Below, piece by piece: positions 18,288-26,147 of a stretch of 26,147 bases of DNA. Origin of the DNA: Verrucomicrobiota bacterium (lineage in GTDB: Bacteria; Verrucomicrobiota; Verrucomicrobiia; Opitutales; UBA953); contig JBEDDU010000051.1 of the NCBI GenBank assembly GCA_041176065.1, forward strand, positions 1-26,147. Reading direction: 5' to 3'. The first letter of the stretch is position 1. Every line of letters begins with the position of its first letter. The notes beneath the pieces are model-generated. The model was not told the origin of the DNA. It searched no databases and worked only from the letters and a program-made list of their open reading frames with translations. The position numbers were made by a program, and so were the translations under genes.

Positions 18288-19943
18288 ATGGAACGGAACA
18301 CTGAACTTTCCCGCGCGGTAGCCATCGTGGGCCGTCCCAACGTCGGCAAGAGCCGCCTGTTCAACCGGCTCGTGGGACGGCGCATCTCGATCGTGCACGA
18401 CCAGCCGGGCGTCACCCGTGACCTGATCACGGCCGACGTCTTCGAAGGCCGCTACACCCTCATGGACACCGGTGGCATCGGCCTCTACCGCGCCGAGCTG
18501 ACGCCCAAGGTCGTGGCCGACGCCGTCGAGGAGCAGGTGGACTTCGCCCTCGCCGCCGCGGCGCTCGTGCTCCTCGTCGTCGACGCCTCCGAAGGCTGCG
18601 CCGCGCTTGACCTCGAGGTCGCCGCGAAGCTCCGCCAGGCCGGCAAGAAGGTGATCGTGATCGCGAACAAGGCCGACACCGAGGAGCGCGACGGGCTGAT
18701 GTCCGAGTTCTTCGCCCTCGGTTTCGGCGAGCCTCTCCTCATCTCGGCCGAGCACGGCCGCGGCATCCCGCAGCTCCAGGCCCTCATCCTCAAGCTGCTC
18801 GGACCCGAGCCGGAGACGCCCCGCGAAGAAGGTCCGCGCCCGATCCGTCTCGCCCTCGCGGGTCGTCCCAACGTCGGCAAGAGCTCCCTCGGCAACCGTC
18901 TGCTCGGCGGCTCGCGCCTCATCGTCAGCGAAGTCGCCGGCACCACGCGCGATCCCGTGCGCGCGCGTCTCTCCCGCACCAAGGCCGACGGCAGCCAGGC
19001 GAAGTTCTCGCTCGTCGACACGGCCGGCCGCCGCACCGCGAACAAGCGCGACACCCTCGACTTCTTCTCGCAGATCCGCGCCGACGAGATCCTCGCCGAG
19101 ACCGACGTGGTCTTCCTGGTGCTCGACGCCGGCCAGGGCGTCACGCGCATCGACAAGCAGCTCGCGGGCGAGCTCGCCCTCCTGGGCTGCGGCCTCGTCA
19201 TCGTGGTCAACAAGTGGGACCTCGCGAAGACGGCTTTCCGCGAGAAGAACATCGACGGCTTCGAGGACGAGGAGGAGTTCCGCGCGAAGTTCCGCTCCGC
19301 CATCCGCCGCGAGCTCTTCTTCCTGCCCGATCCGCCCATCCTCTTCGTTTCCGCCCAGACCGGCCTCCGCGCCGAGGACATGCTCGACGCCGCCGAAGGC
19401 GTCTTCGTCCGCGCCGGTACGGCGATCTCGACCGGCCGCCTCAACCGCGTCGTCCAGGACCTGATGATCAAGCGGCCGCCCCGCATGGTCTCGGGCAAGC
19501 GCTTCAAGTGCTACTACGTGACGCAGGTCTCCAAGCGTCCCATCCGCTTCCGGCTGTTCTGCAATTCCGAGGAACGCCTCGAGGACGCGTACCAGCGCTT
19601 CCTCGTGAAGGGCGTGCATGAGAGCTTCGACCTCGCCGGTGTCCCCCTCTTCCTCGACATCGTGGGCAAGCCCAAGCAGACCGGGCGTCGCGCAGGAGGT
19701 TCCGGCGCCGCCGGCGGCGCTCTGCCCGGCGAAGAGGGCGAGGCCCGCAAGCCGACCGCCAAGGTCCCCGGCAAGGCCGTCATCTCGGCCGCGCCGAAGA
19801 AGGCCGTGGGGCCGTCCGGACCGCGTCTGGGCAAGTCCAAGAATCCGCGCAGCAAGGTCGGTCCGGTCCGCAAGAAATCCTACACCCGCTGGGATAAGCC
19901 GCGTTCGCTGAAAGGCCGCGCCGCGCGCCAGGCCCGCAAGTAA
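18288..19943 (+). CDS. der: Ribosome biogenesis double GTPase Der (EngA) with a basic C-terminal extension
   Basis: Two G domains (GRPNVGKS/DTGG/NKAD and GRPNVGKS/DTAG/NKWD), then a KH-like domain (FKCYYVTQ...F). 551 aa. Confidence 0.96.
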   Translation: MERNTELSRAVAIVGRPNVGKSRLFNRLVGRRISIVHDQPGVTRDLITADVFEGRYTLMDTGGIGLYRAELTPKVVADAVEEQVDFALAAAALVLLVVDASEGCAALDLEVAAKLRQAGKKVIVIANKADTEERDGLMSEFFALGFGEPLLISAEHGRGIPQLQALILKLLGPEPETPREEGPRPIRLALAGRPNVGKSSLGNRLLGGSRLIVSEVAGTTRDPVRARLSRTKADGSQAKFSLVDTAGRRTANKRDTLDFFSQIRADEILAETDVVFLVLDAGQGVTRIDKQLAGELALLGCGLVIVVNKWDLAKTAFREKNIDGFEDEEEFRAKFRSAIRRELFFLPDPPILFVSAQTGLRAEDMLDAAEGVFVRAGTAISTGRLNRVVQDLMIKRPPRMVSGKRFKCYYVTQVSKRPIRFRLFCNSEERLEDAYQRFLVKGVHESFDLAGVPLFLDIVGKPKQTGRRAGGSGAAGGALPGEEGEARKPTAKVPGKAVISAAPKKAVGPSGPRLGKSKNPRSKVGPVRKKSYTRWDKPRSLKGRAARQARK

Positions 19944-19946
19944 CGC

Positions 19947-20939
19947 ATGCCCCGGAGACTGGTCCTGCTCGGTTCGGATGAGATCGCGCTCCCGGCTTTC
20001 GCCGCGGCCCGCGCCTTGCCCGACACCGAGGTCGTGGCCGTCTACACGCAGCCGGACCGTCCCGCCGGCCGCGGTCAGGAAGTCCGCCCGAACCCCGTCG
20101 CCGCCTGGGCCCGCGCCGAAGGCCTGCTTCTGCGTCAGCCTGAGAAACTGGGCCCGGAGGATGCCGCGCAGCTCGCCGCGCTCGGCGCCGACCTCGGCGT
20201 GGTCATGGCCTACGGGCAGCTGCTGAAGTCGGACTTCCTCGCCGCCACCCGTCTCGGCTTCGTCAACTTCCACGGCTCGTTGCTGCCCGCCTTGCGCGGC
20301 GCGACGCCGGTCGAAGGCGCCCTCGCGCTCGGTCTCCCGGAGACGGGCGTCTCGCTCCAGCAGGTGGTGCTCAAGCTGGATGCGGGTCCTTTGCACGCTT
20401 CGCGCGGCCTTCGTCCTCAGCCGGGCGAAGCCCGCGCCGCTCTTCGCGCCCGCCTCGGCGTCGTCGCCGGCGAACTCGCGGCCGCCGCGTTGCCCGCGGT
20501 GCTCGCAGGGACGTCGATCCCTGTGCCGCAGGACGAATCCCTCGTCACTTACGCGCGTCGTCTCAACCGGGCCGACGCGCCTCTCGATTTCCGTCAGCCG
20601 GCGACCGCGCTGCGTCAGCGCGTGCTCGCGCTCGAAGGCTGGCCGGGTTCGACCTTCGACCACCGTTGCGTCACGATCAAGGTCGGCGCGGCGCAGGCGG
20701 AGGAGGGCGGTCCGGCCGGCGTTCCCGGCCGGATCCTCGCCGCCGACCGCTCCGGCGTCCGCGTCGCCTGCGGTCAGGGTGTCCTGGTGCTTACTCACCT
20801 GCAGCGCCCGGGCGGCAAGATGCTCCCGGCGGGAGAGTTCCTGGCGGGCTTCCCTTTGGCCGTCGGCGAGACGCTCGCTTCCGCCGACATGCCGGCCTTC
20901 GTCGCTTCGGCCCCGTTCCCCCGGGCGCCCAAGGCGTAA
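19947..20939 (+). CDS. fmt: Methionyl-tRNA formyltransferase
   Basis: Contains VYTQPDRPAGRG, VVMAYGQLL, VNFHGSLLPALRGATP, ETGVS, LDAGP, GWPG and LQRPGGK. 330 aa. Confidence 0.94.
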   Translation: MPRRLVLLGSDEIALPAFAAARALPDTEVVAVYTQPDRPAGRGQEVRPNPVAAWARAEGLLLRQPEKLGPEDAAQLAALGADLGVVMAYGQLLKSDFLAATRLGFVNFHGSLLPALRGATPVEGALALGLPETGVSLQQVVLKLDAGPLHASRGLRPQPGEARAALRARLGVVAGELAAAALPAVLAGTSIPVPQDESLVTYARRLNRADAPLDFRQPATALRQRVLALEGWPGSTFDHRCVTIKVGAAQAEEGGPAGVPGRILAADRSGVRVACGQGVLVLTHLQRPGGKMLPAGEFLAGFPLAVGETLASADMPAFVASAPFPRAPKA

Positions 20940-20943
20940 TCGC

Positions 20944-20977
20944 TTGATAAGCATTCCCCGCCTGCTGTCATAGGGTC
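20944..20977 (+). promoter_or_regulatory. Candidate leaderless promoter for the lpt-hprK unit
   Basis: TTGATA (20944)-N16-TGTCAT-N6-ATG (20978), with no SD. Confidence 0.4.
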
Positions 20978-23050
20978 ATGCGCGCCGTCCTTCTCTGCCT
21001 CAGCCTGGCCGCGGGCGCCTTGGCGCAGCCGAAGGATCTTGCTTTGCAGCAGGTCACGGGCGGCGTCTTCGCCGGTTTTTCGGAAGATGCGAAGGCCGAG
21101 AAGGTCTGGGAGGCTTCCGCCCGGGAGATGCGTCCGGCCGCGAAGGAAGGCCAATGGGAGATGACGGACATCACACTGCTTTCGTTCCGCGACGCCCGGC
21201 CGCTCGCCCGCTTCGTCAGTCCCAGCGGCGTGATGACGCCGGCCGCGCGGGCCGCGCAGGGCACGGACATCCTCCGCGCGAAATCGCCGAGCTTCGAGCT
21301 GGCCGGCAAGGGCTGGAATTGGCGTTCGACCCCGCAAGGCGACTCTTTCGCGATCCTCTCGGAAGTCGTCGCCGAACTCGATCTCGCCAAGCCCGCGGCT
21401 CGCCGCCTTCGCCTGCGCGCCCTCCGTCTCGACGCCTCTCCTGCGCCCGGCGGGACGCTCATGGTCTTCGAGGGCGGCGTGGTCGCGGAGCGCGCGGGCG
21501 AGCGCACTACCTGCGAGCGCCTTGAATGCCTGGTCAGCGACGGTCCCGGCGGCGACGCCGAGGTGCGTTCGCTCGTCGCCACCGGGCGCGTCGTGCGCGT
21601 GGTCGGCGCCCAGACCTTGCGCGGCGACCGCGCCGCCTTCGATCCTAAGGAAGATTCCGCTGAACTCGTCGGTCACGTCGAGATCGACGAGCCGGAGGCC
21701 AAGGGTTCCGCCCAGCGCCTCCGCCATCAGCCCAAGCTGGGACTCACGGAACTTTATGCCGGCGACGGCCAGCCGGTGCGCCTGCAGCTGCGTCGCAAGC
21801 AGGAGGCGCCGGCCGACCTCACCGGCGCGCGCGTCACGCTGCGTCGCGAAGCGTCCGCCGGGATCACCCGCATCGAGGTCCAGGATGACGCCACCTATGT
21901 CTCCGCCGATGCTCGCCTGAGCGCCCGTCGGATGGTCGCCACCGAAGATCGCGCGGGCGACGGTCAGCTCGAGGCCTCCGGTGAAGTCAGAGGCCGGCTG
22001 GAAGGTTCCGAATTCAGTTCCGGTCGGGCCCGTTGGGATCGCAAGACCCGCGTCGTCGACCTCAACGAGAGCCCTCGTCTCCGCGAGAAGCGCGGTCTGG
22101 AAGCGGCGGGTTTCTCCATCCGCACCGACGCGCTCAAGGACCGCCTCGAGATCCGTTCGGCGCCGGGTGAGCGCGCCGCCCTGCGTCTTCCTGCCGAGGA
22201 AAACGGCGGCGTGCCCGGTCTGGCCGAGGCCGACCAGATCGTCGTCGTCACCGAGGACGGCGCGATGCAGGCCCAGCTGCTCGGCGCGGTGCGTTACGTC
22301 GCCGGCCAGGTCGTCACCTCTTCCGACCAGATGGTCGCCTTCGCCTTGCCCGTGCCGAAGAAGCGCGGCGAATACGCCCTGAACAAGGTCATCCTGGCCG
22401 GCACGGTCCGCTATGCCCAGCCCGGCCTGCGCTGCCTCGGCGAACGCCTTGACCTCACTCCCGCGGTCCAGGTCGAGGAGATCCTCGCGCAGGACGCGCT
22501 CGTCGGCCAGCCGCGTCTCCTGACCTTGTCGGGCGGCGTGGGACCGACCCGTCCGCGCCTGTTCCTTTCGCAGGGCGCGGGCCAGGAGGTCGGCTTCCTC
22601 GCGGACGCGCATGAGGTGCTGCATACTCCGGCGCTCACCAAGTTCTTCCTGCGGGGCGACGTCTCGATCGACTCCGCTTCCACGGACGCCACCTGCGACC
22701 TGCTGGAAGGACTGGCTTCGCCCGATAAATCCGGCCGTCTGGTGGCCCGCCGCGTGGTCGGCCGCGGCAACGTGGGCGTCGTCGCCGGCGGCGCCAGCGC
22801 GAAGGGGCGGAGCCTGGAGATGAATCCTGAACTGGGCACGGCGCGTCTGTTCGGCGACGCGCGGATCCTCGACAAGAACGGCAACGAAGGCGTGCCCGCC
22901 AAGGAGGTCACTTACGACCACAAGGCCAAGGCCTGGCGCATGGATTCCGCTCCGGACGACCTGAATCCCGGACAGGTGGTCCGCCCGAAGATCTTCCTCG
23001 GCCGTGACTTCACCTTGCCGGAGGTCAAAAGCCTCGACAAGGCACGCTGA
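20978..23050 (+). CDS. Large periplasmic LptC/LptA (OstA)-like beta-jellyroll protein
   Basis: Signal peptide (MRAVLLCLSLAAGALA|Q), repeated OstA-like beta motifs (e.g. ATGRVV...LRGDRAAFD, ASGEV...SSGRARWD, GRGNV...AKGRSLEMN...ARLFGDARI), and position directly before lptB. 690 aa. Confidence 0.7.
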   Translation: MRAVLLCLSLAAGALAQPKDLALQQVTGGVFAGFSEDAKAEKVWEASAREMRPAAKEGQWEMTDITLLSFRDARPLARFVSPSGVMTPAARAAQGTDILRAKSPSFELAGKGWNWRSTPQGDSFAILSEVVAELDLAKPAARRLRLRALRLDASPAPGGTLMVFEGGVVAERAGERTTCERLECLVSDGPGGDAEVRSLVATGRVVRVVGAQTLRGDRAAFDPKEDSAELVGHVEIDEPEAKGSAQRLRHQPKLGLTELYAGDGQPVRLQLRRKQEAPADLTGARVTLRREASAGITRIEVQDDATYVSADARLSARRMVATEDRAGDGQLEASGEVRGRLEGSEFSSGRARWDRKTRVVDLNESPRLREKRGLEAAGFSIRTDALKDRLEIRSAPGERAALRLPAEENGGVPGLAEADQIVVVTEDGAMQAQLLGAVRYVAGQVVTSSDQMVAFALPVPKKRGEYALNKVILAGTVRYAQPGLRCLGERLDLTPAVQVEEILAQDALVGQPRLLTLSGGVGPTRPRLFLSQGAGQEVGFLADAHEVLHTPALTKFFLRGDVSIDSASTDATCDLLEGLASPDKSGRLVARRVVGRGNVGVVAGGASAKGRSLEMNPELGTARLFGDARILDKNGNEGVPAKEVTYDHKAKAWRMDSAPDDLNPGQVVRPKIFLGRDFTLPEVKSLDKAR

Positions 23051-23069
23051 CCGCTTTCCTCTTCTTCGC

Positions 23070-23810
23070 ATGGCCGCATCGAGCGACAAGGGCGTCATCC
23101 GGGCGCAGGCCTTGGCCAAGCATTACGACGCCAAGGTGGCCGTCCAGGACGTCAGCCTCAGCTTGCAGGCAGGCGAGATCGTCGGTCTGCTCGGTCCGAA
23201 CGGGGCCGGCAAGACCACCACCTTCTACATGGTCGTCGGACTCATCCCGGCGACGCATGGCCGCGTCTTCCTCGACGGGCAGAACATCACCGCGGAGCCC
23301 ATGTGGCGCCGGGCGCGCGCGGGCGTCGGTTACCTCCCGCAGGAAGCCTCCGTCTTCCGCAAGCTCACCGTCTGGGAGAACGTCATGGCCGTGGTCGAGA
23401 CGCTCGACCTCAACGAGCGTGAACGCAAGGAACGAACGGCGGAGCAGCTGGCCGAGCTCGGGCTGGAGAAACTCGCGCGTCAGCCGGCGTTCACCCTTTC
23501 CGGCGGCGAACGTCGCCGTCTGGAGATCGCCCGCGCCCTGGCCACCCGCCCGCGCTTCCTGCTCATGGACGAGCCGTTCAGCGGGGTCGACCCCATCTCG
23601 GTCGCCGAAGTCCAGGCCATCATCCGCAAGCTCAAGGGCAGGGGCATCGGCATCCTGATCACGGATCATAACGTCCGGGAGACCCTCACCATCGTGGACC
23701 GGGCCTACCTCATCCACCAGGGGCGCGTCCTCGTCTCCGGGACCCCCGCTGAAATCGTGGACAATCCCGAAAGCCGACGCCATTATCTGGGCGAAGGTTT
23801 CAAACTCTGA
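23070..23810 (+). CDS. lptB: LPS export ABC transporter ATP-binding protein
   Basis: Contains [53 protein letters not shown] and [11 protein letters not shown]. 246 aa from ATG 23070. Confidence 0.96.
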   Translation: MAASSDKGVIRAQALAKHYDAKVAVQDVSLSLQAGEIVGLLGPNGAGKTTTFYMVVGLIPATHGRVFLDGQNITAEPMWRRARAGVGYLPQEASVFRKLTVWENVMAVVETLDLNERERKERTAEQLAELGLEKLARQPAFTLSGGERRRLEIARALATRPRFLLMDEPFSGVDPISVAEVQAIIRKLKGRGIGILITDHNVRETLTIVDRAYLIHQGRVLVSGTPAEIVDNPESRRHYLGEGFKL

Positions 23811-23815
23811 CGTCC

Positions 23816-24790
23816 ATGTCCGACCCCGCTCCCGATACGCGCCCCGAATCCGTCTCGGTGCGTGAGTTCCTCACGTCCTTCCAGGACATGCTGCAGATGG
23901 AGCTCCTCGCCGGGGCCGAAGGTCTCGACAACATGATTTCGGAGAAGTCGTTGAACCGTCCGGCCCTCGCCGTCACGGGATACTTCAAGGAGTTCGCCCA
24001 CAGACGCCTGCAGCTGTTCGGCGCCGGCGAGATGGCCTACCTGAGCGATCAGTCCGCCGACGTGCGCGAGAAGCTCCTCGCCGACGTCTTCTCGAAACGG
24101 ATTCCCGCCGTGGTCATCTCCCGCGGCCTGGAAGTCGATGACGTCCTGCTGCGTTGCGCCGACCGCCATCGCGTCCCGTTGATCCGCACCCAGCTCAAGT
24201 CCAAGGACTTCTCGGCCGAGGCCACCGTCCTGCTGGAGGAGAAATTCGCCCCGCGCACCAACATCCACGCGACGTTGGTGGACATCAAGGGCGTCGGCGT
24301 GCTCATGCGCGGCGCCTCCGGCGTGGGCAAGAGCGAGTGCGCCCTCGCCCTCATCGAGCGCGGCCACTCGTTGGTCGCGGACGATTACGTGATCGTGACC
24401 TTGATCGGCGACCGCGAGCTGCAGGGGATGGCGAAGGAGCTCAACCGCGGCTACATGGAGTGCCGCGGCATCGGGATCATCAACGTCGCCTCGATCTTCG
24501 GCGTGCGTTCCGTCCGGCGCGAGAAGCGCGTGGACCTCGTCGTCACCTTCGTCCTGTGGCAGCCCGGCATGGACGAGGAACGCTCGGGCCTGGAGGTGGA
24601 GACCTACGAGATCCTCGGCCGCAAGGTGCCGCATATGACGATCCCGGTGCGTCCGGGACGTGACATGGCGCGGTTGGTCGAAGTGGCCGCCTCGGTGCAG
24701 GCGCTCCGGGCCATGGGCCATGATTCGGCCAAGGAATTCAGCGACCGCCTCATCCAGTTCATGGCGAAGGACAAGGCGGGCGAGGCCTGA
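23816..24790 (+). CDS. hprK: HPr(Ser) kinase/phosphorylase
   Basis: Contains [19 protein letters not shown], Walker [18 protein letters not shown], signature [11 protein letters not shown], and [10 protein letters not shown]. 324 aa. Confidence 0.95.
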   Translation: MSDPAPDTRPESVSVREFLTSFQDMLQMELLAGAEGLDNMISEKSLNRPALAVTGYFKEFAHRRLQLFGAGEMAYLSDQSADVREKLLADVFSKRIPAVVISRGLEVDDVLLRCADRHRVPLIRTQLKSKDFSAEATVLLEEKFAPRTNIHATLVDIKGVGVLMRGASGVGKSECALALIERGHSLVADDYVIVTLIGDRELQGMAKELNRGYMECRGIGIINVASIFGVRSVRREKRVDLVVTFVLWQPGMDEERSGLEVETYEILGRKVPHMTIPVRPGRDMARLVEVAASVQALRAMGHDSAKEFSDRLIQFMAKDKAGEA

Positions 24791-24791
24791 G

Positions 24792-25439
24792 CTACTTCTT
24801 CCGTCCGTCCCAGCGGCAGTCGGCCATCACGCGGAGGCAGACTTCGCGCAGGTCGAACAGCGTGGCTTCGAGGTCGTGCGCCGCTTCGGCCGACGAGAGG
24901 CGCGCGGCGGCGGGCAGTCCGGCGGTGAGGCCGATCGAGTAGTTGATGGCCGCGAGGGCGCGTTTCATGTGCACGAGCGCCAGGGGGAGGTCGCCGGTGT
25001 CCGTGGCGTTGATGGCCATGACCATCTGGTGCTGCGCGTCCCAGAAGGAGTGGATGATGTCGGTGGCTTCGAGGGGGGTGAGCTGCGCGCCGGCGTCGAC
25101 GCAGAGGCGGCGGAAGGACTGCGTGAGCTGCAGGGAAAGCGCCCGGGCGACGACGTAGACCGGGTGCTGGTGGATGCAGTAGGGAAGGTCGGGTCCTTCG
25201 TCCTCGTCTTCGTTGACTTCTTCGGGGCCTTCCCCGGGGGCCCAGTCGGCGTTCTCCCAGCCCATGCGGCGGGCGCTGATATCCAGCCGGTCAGGCAGGT
25301 TCTTGACCTCGTTGTAATACGACAGGAAGCGCCCGACCTCGAGGTCGTTGCGCTGCAGGTAGCCGGACCAGTCCGCTTCGCCCCATGAGGCGTTGCCGGA
25401 ACCGTCGAAGTCGCCCTGGGGTTGGTCGCCATCGTCCAT
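24792..25439 (-). CDS. Acidic hypothetical protein
   Basis: C-terminal part of the 406-aa track ORF. Host-like codon bias begins near 25450. Start is ATG 25439 (25448 and 25451 are alternatives). Acidic N-half (WGEADW...NEDEDE) and a helical C-half. Confidence 0.75.
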   Translation of the reverse strand: MDDGDQPQGDFDGSGNASWGEADWSGYLQRNDLEVGRFLSYYNEVKNLPDRLDISARRMGWENADWAPGEGPEEVNEDEDEGPDLPYCIHQHPVYVVARALSLQLTQSFRRLCVDAGAQLTPLEATDIIHSFWDAQHQMVMAINATDTGDLPLALVHMKRALAAINYSIGLTAGLPAAARLSSAEAAHDLEATLFDLREVCLRVMADCRWDGRKK

Positions 25440-25495
25440 GGGGTGCATCATTGGGTGCTTTCCCCCCGTTGCAAACCCCTTGTGGTGAAAATGCC

Positions 25496-25529
25496 TTGTC
25501 CCGGTCGCCCCGAACGTGGCTAATCCGTC
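25496..25529 (+). promoter_or_regulatory. Candidate leaderless promoter for trpD
   Basis: TTGTCC (25496)-N17-GCTAAT-N5-ATG (25530), with no SD. Confidence 0.4.
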
Positions 25530-26147
25530 ATGGCCTTGGCCCTTCCTGACCTGACCGCCGCCCTGTCGGCCGGTCGCGACCTCGCCCCTGCGGAGGCCGC
25601 CGCGGCCGCCTTGGCCATGGCTGACGCCGCCGTCACGGATGCGGACAAGGCGGCCTTCCTGCTGGCCCTGGCGCGCAAAGGAGAGACGGCCGCGGAAGTC
25701 ACCGGCTTCGCCCGCACCTACCGAGACCTGGCCCGCCGGACCGACTTCGGCGACTGGCCGGCGAAGGCCATCGACATCGTGGGGACCGGCGGCGACCGCT
25801 CCGGCAGCTTCAACATCTCCTCCGCCAGCGCGCTCATCGTGGCCGCGGCCGGCGTGCCCGTGCTCAAGCACGGCAACCGTTCGATCACTTCGAAGTCGGG
25901 CAGCGCCGATTTCCTCGCCGGGCTCGGCGTCGTGCTCGACGCCGCGGACGAGCAGCTGCTCCGCGGCCTGCGCGAGGCGAACTTCTGCTACCTCTACGCG
26001 CCGGCTTTCCATCCGGCGTTCAAGGCCGTGCTCGGCGTGCGCAAGCAGCTGGCCGAGGGCGGCGCCAAGACCGTCTTCAACGTGCTCGGGCCGCTCATCA
26101 ACCCCGCGCGCCCGGCGTACATGGTCGTGGGCGTCTACGATGAACGC
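25530..26147 (+). CDS. trpD: Anthranilate phosphoribosyltransferase, 3'-truncated (not in the supplied ORF track)
   Basis: Manual translation from ATG 25530 gives MALALPDL...KGETAAEVTGFA...IDIVGTGGDRSGSFNISSASA...VLKHGNRSITSKSGSADFL...FHPAFK...KTVFNVLGPLINPA..., open to the window end. Confidence 0.95.
   Translation, partial: MALALPDLTAALSAGRDLAPAEAAAAALAMADAAVTDADKAAFLLALARKGETAAEVTGFARTYRDLARRTDFGDWPAKAIDIVGTGGDRSGSFNISSASALIVAAAGVPVLKHGNRSITSKSGSADFLAGLGVVLDAADEQLLRGLREANFCYLYAPAFHPAFKAVLGVRKQLAEGGAKTVFNVLGPLINPARPAYMVVGVYDER

Noticed and set aside
17043-20954. 1303-aa minus-strand ORF antisense to the aminotransferase, der and fmt
   Set aside because: It mirrors strongly supported plus-strand genes and has no recognisable motifs. 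High GC3 makes long stop-free antisense frames common.
20795-23119. 774-aa minus-strand ORF and other long antisense or alternate-frame ORFs (e.g. 1384-2640, 4554-5783, 5783-7195, 7053-8579, 9933-11207, 13657-15102)
   Set aside because: These are shadow ORFs of real genes, low-complexity and Arg/Gly/Ala-rich, with no domain motifs.
24792-26012. 406-aa track ORF as a single gene
   Set aside because: Its first ~190 codons are antisense to trpD. Only the part from about 25439 looks coding.

Overview
GC-rich, very compact bacterial chromosomal window made mostly of housekeeping genes. Gene styles and neighbourhoods suggest Verrucomicrobiota (Opitutia-like), but this is inference. It holds 25 CDSs, two truncated at the window edges: a hypothetical helical protein, a WalJ/YycJ-like MBL hydrolase, glgC, a membrane protein, a heterodimeric ABC exporter pair, ilvE, a PaaK/CapK-like adenylating enzyme, a Tat-exported Gfo/Idh/MocA oxidoreductase, a secreted protein, aroK, aat, a small HTH protein, nadA, an atypical Fur-family protein, a class I DAHP synthase, an Lrp/AsnC regulator with a class I/II aminotransferase, der, fmt, a 690-aa LptC/LptA-like protein, lptB, hprK, an acidic hypothetical protein and trpD. 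I saw no rRNA, tRNA, CRISPR array or mobile element. Most notable: (1) eight likely transcription-unit heads have TTG exactly 34-35 nt before ATG and no Shine-Dalgarno, suggesting -35-anchored leaderless promoters; (2) a Fur paralog lacking the His metal-sensing motif is translationally coupled to nadA; (3) a single-chain, multi-jellyroll Lpt bridge candidate precedes lptB; (4) a stand-alone HTH protein sits behind the only AT-rich island and a structured leader; (5) mutually exclusive hairpins lie directly before ilvE. All assignments come from motif recognition by eye; no database searches were run.
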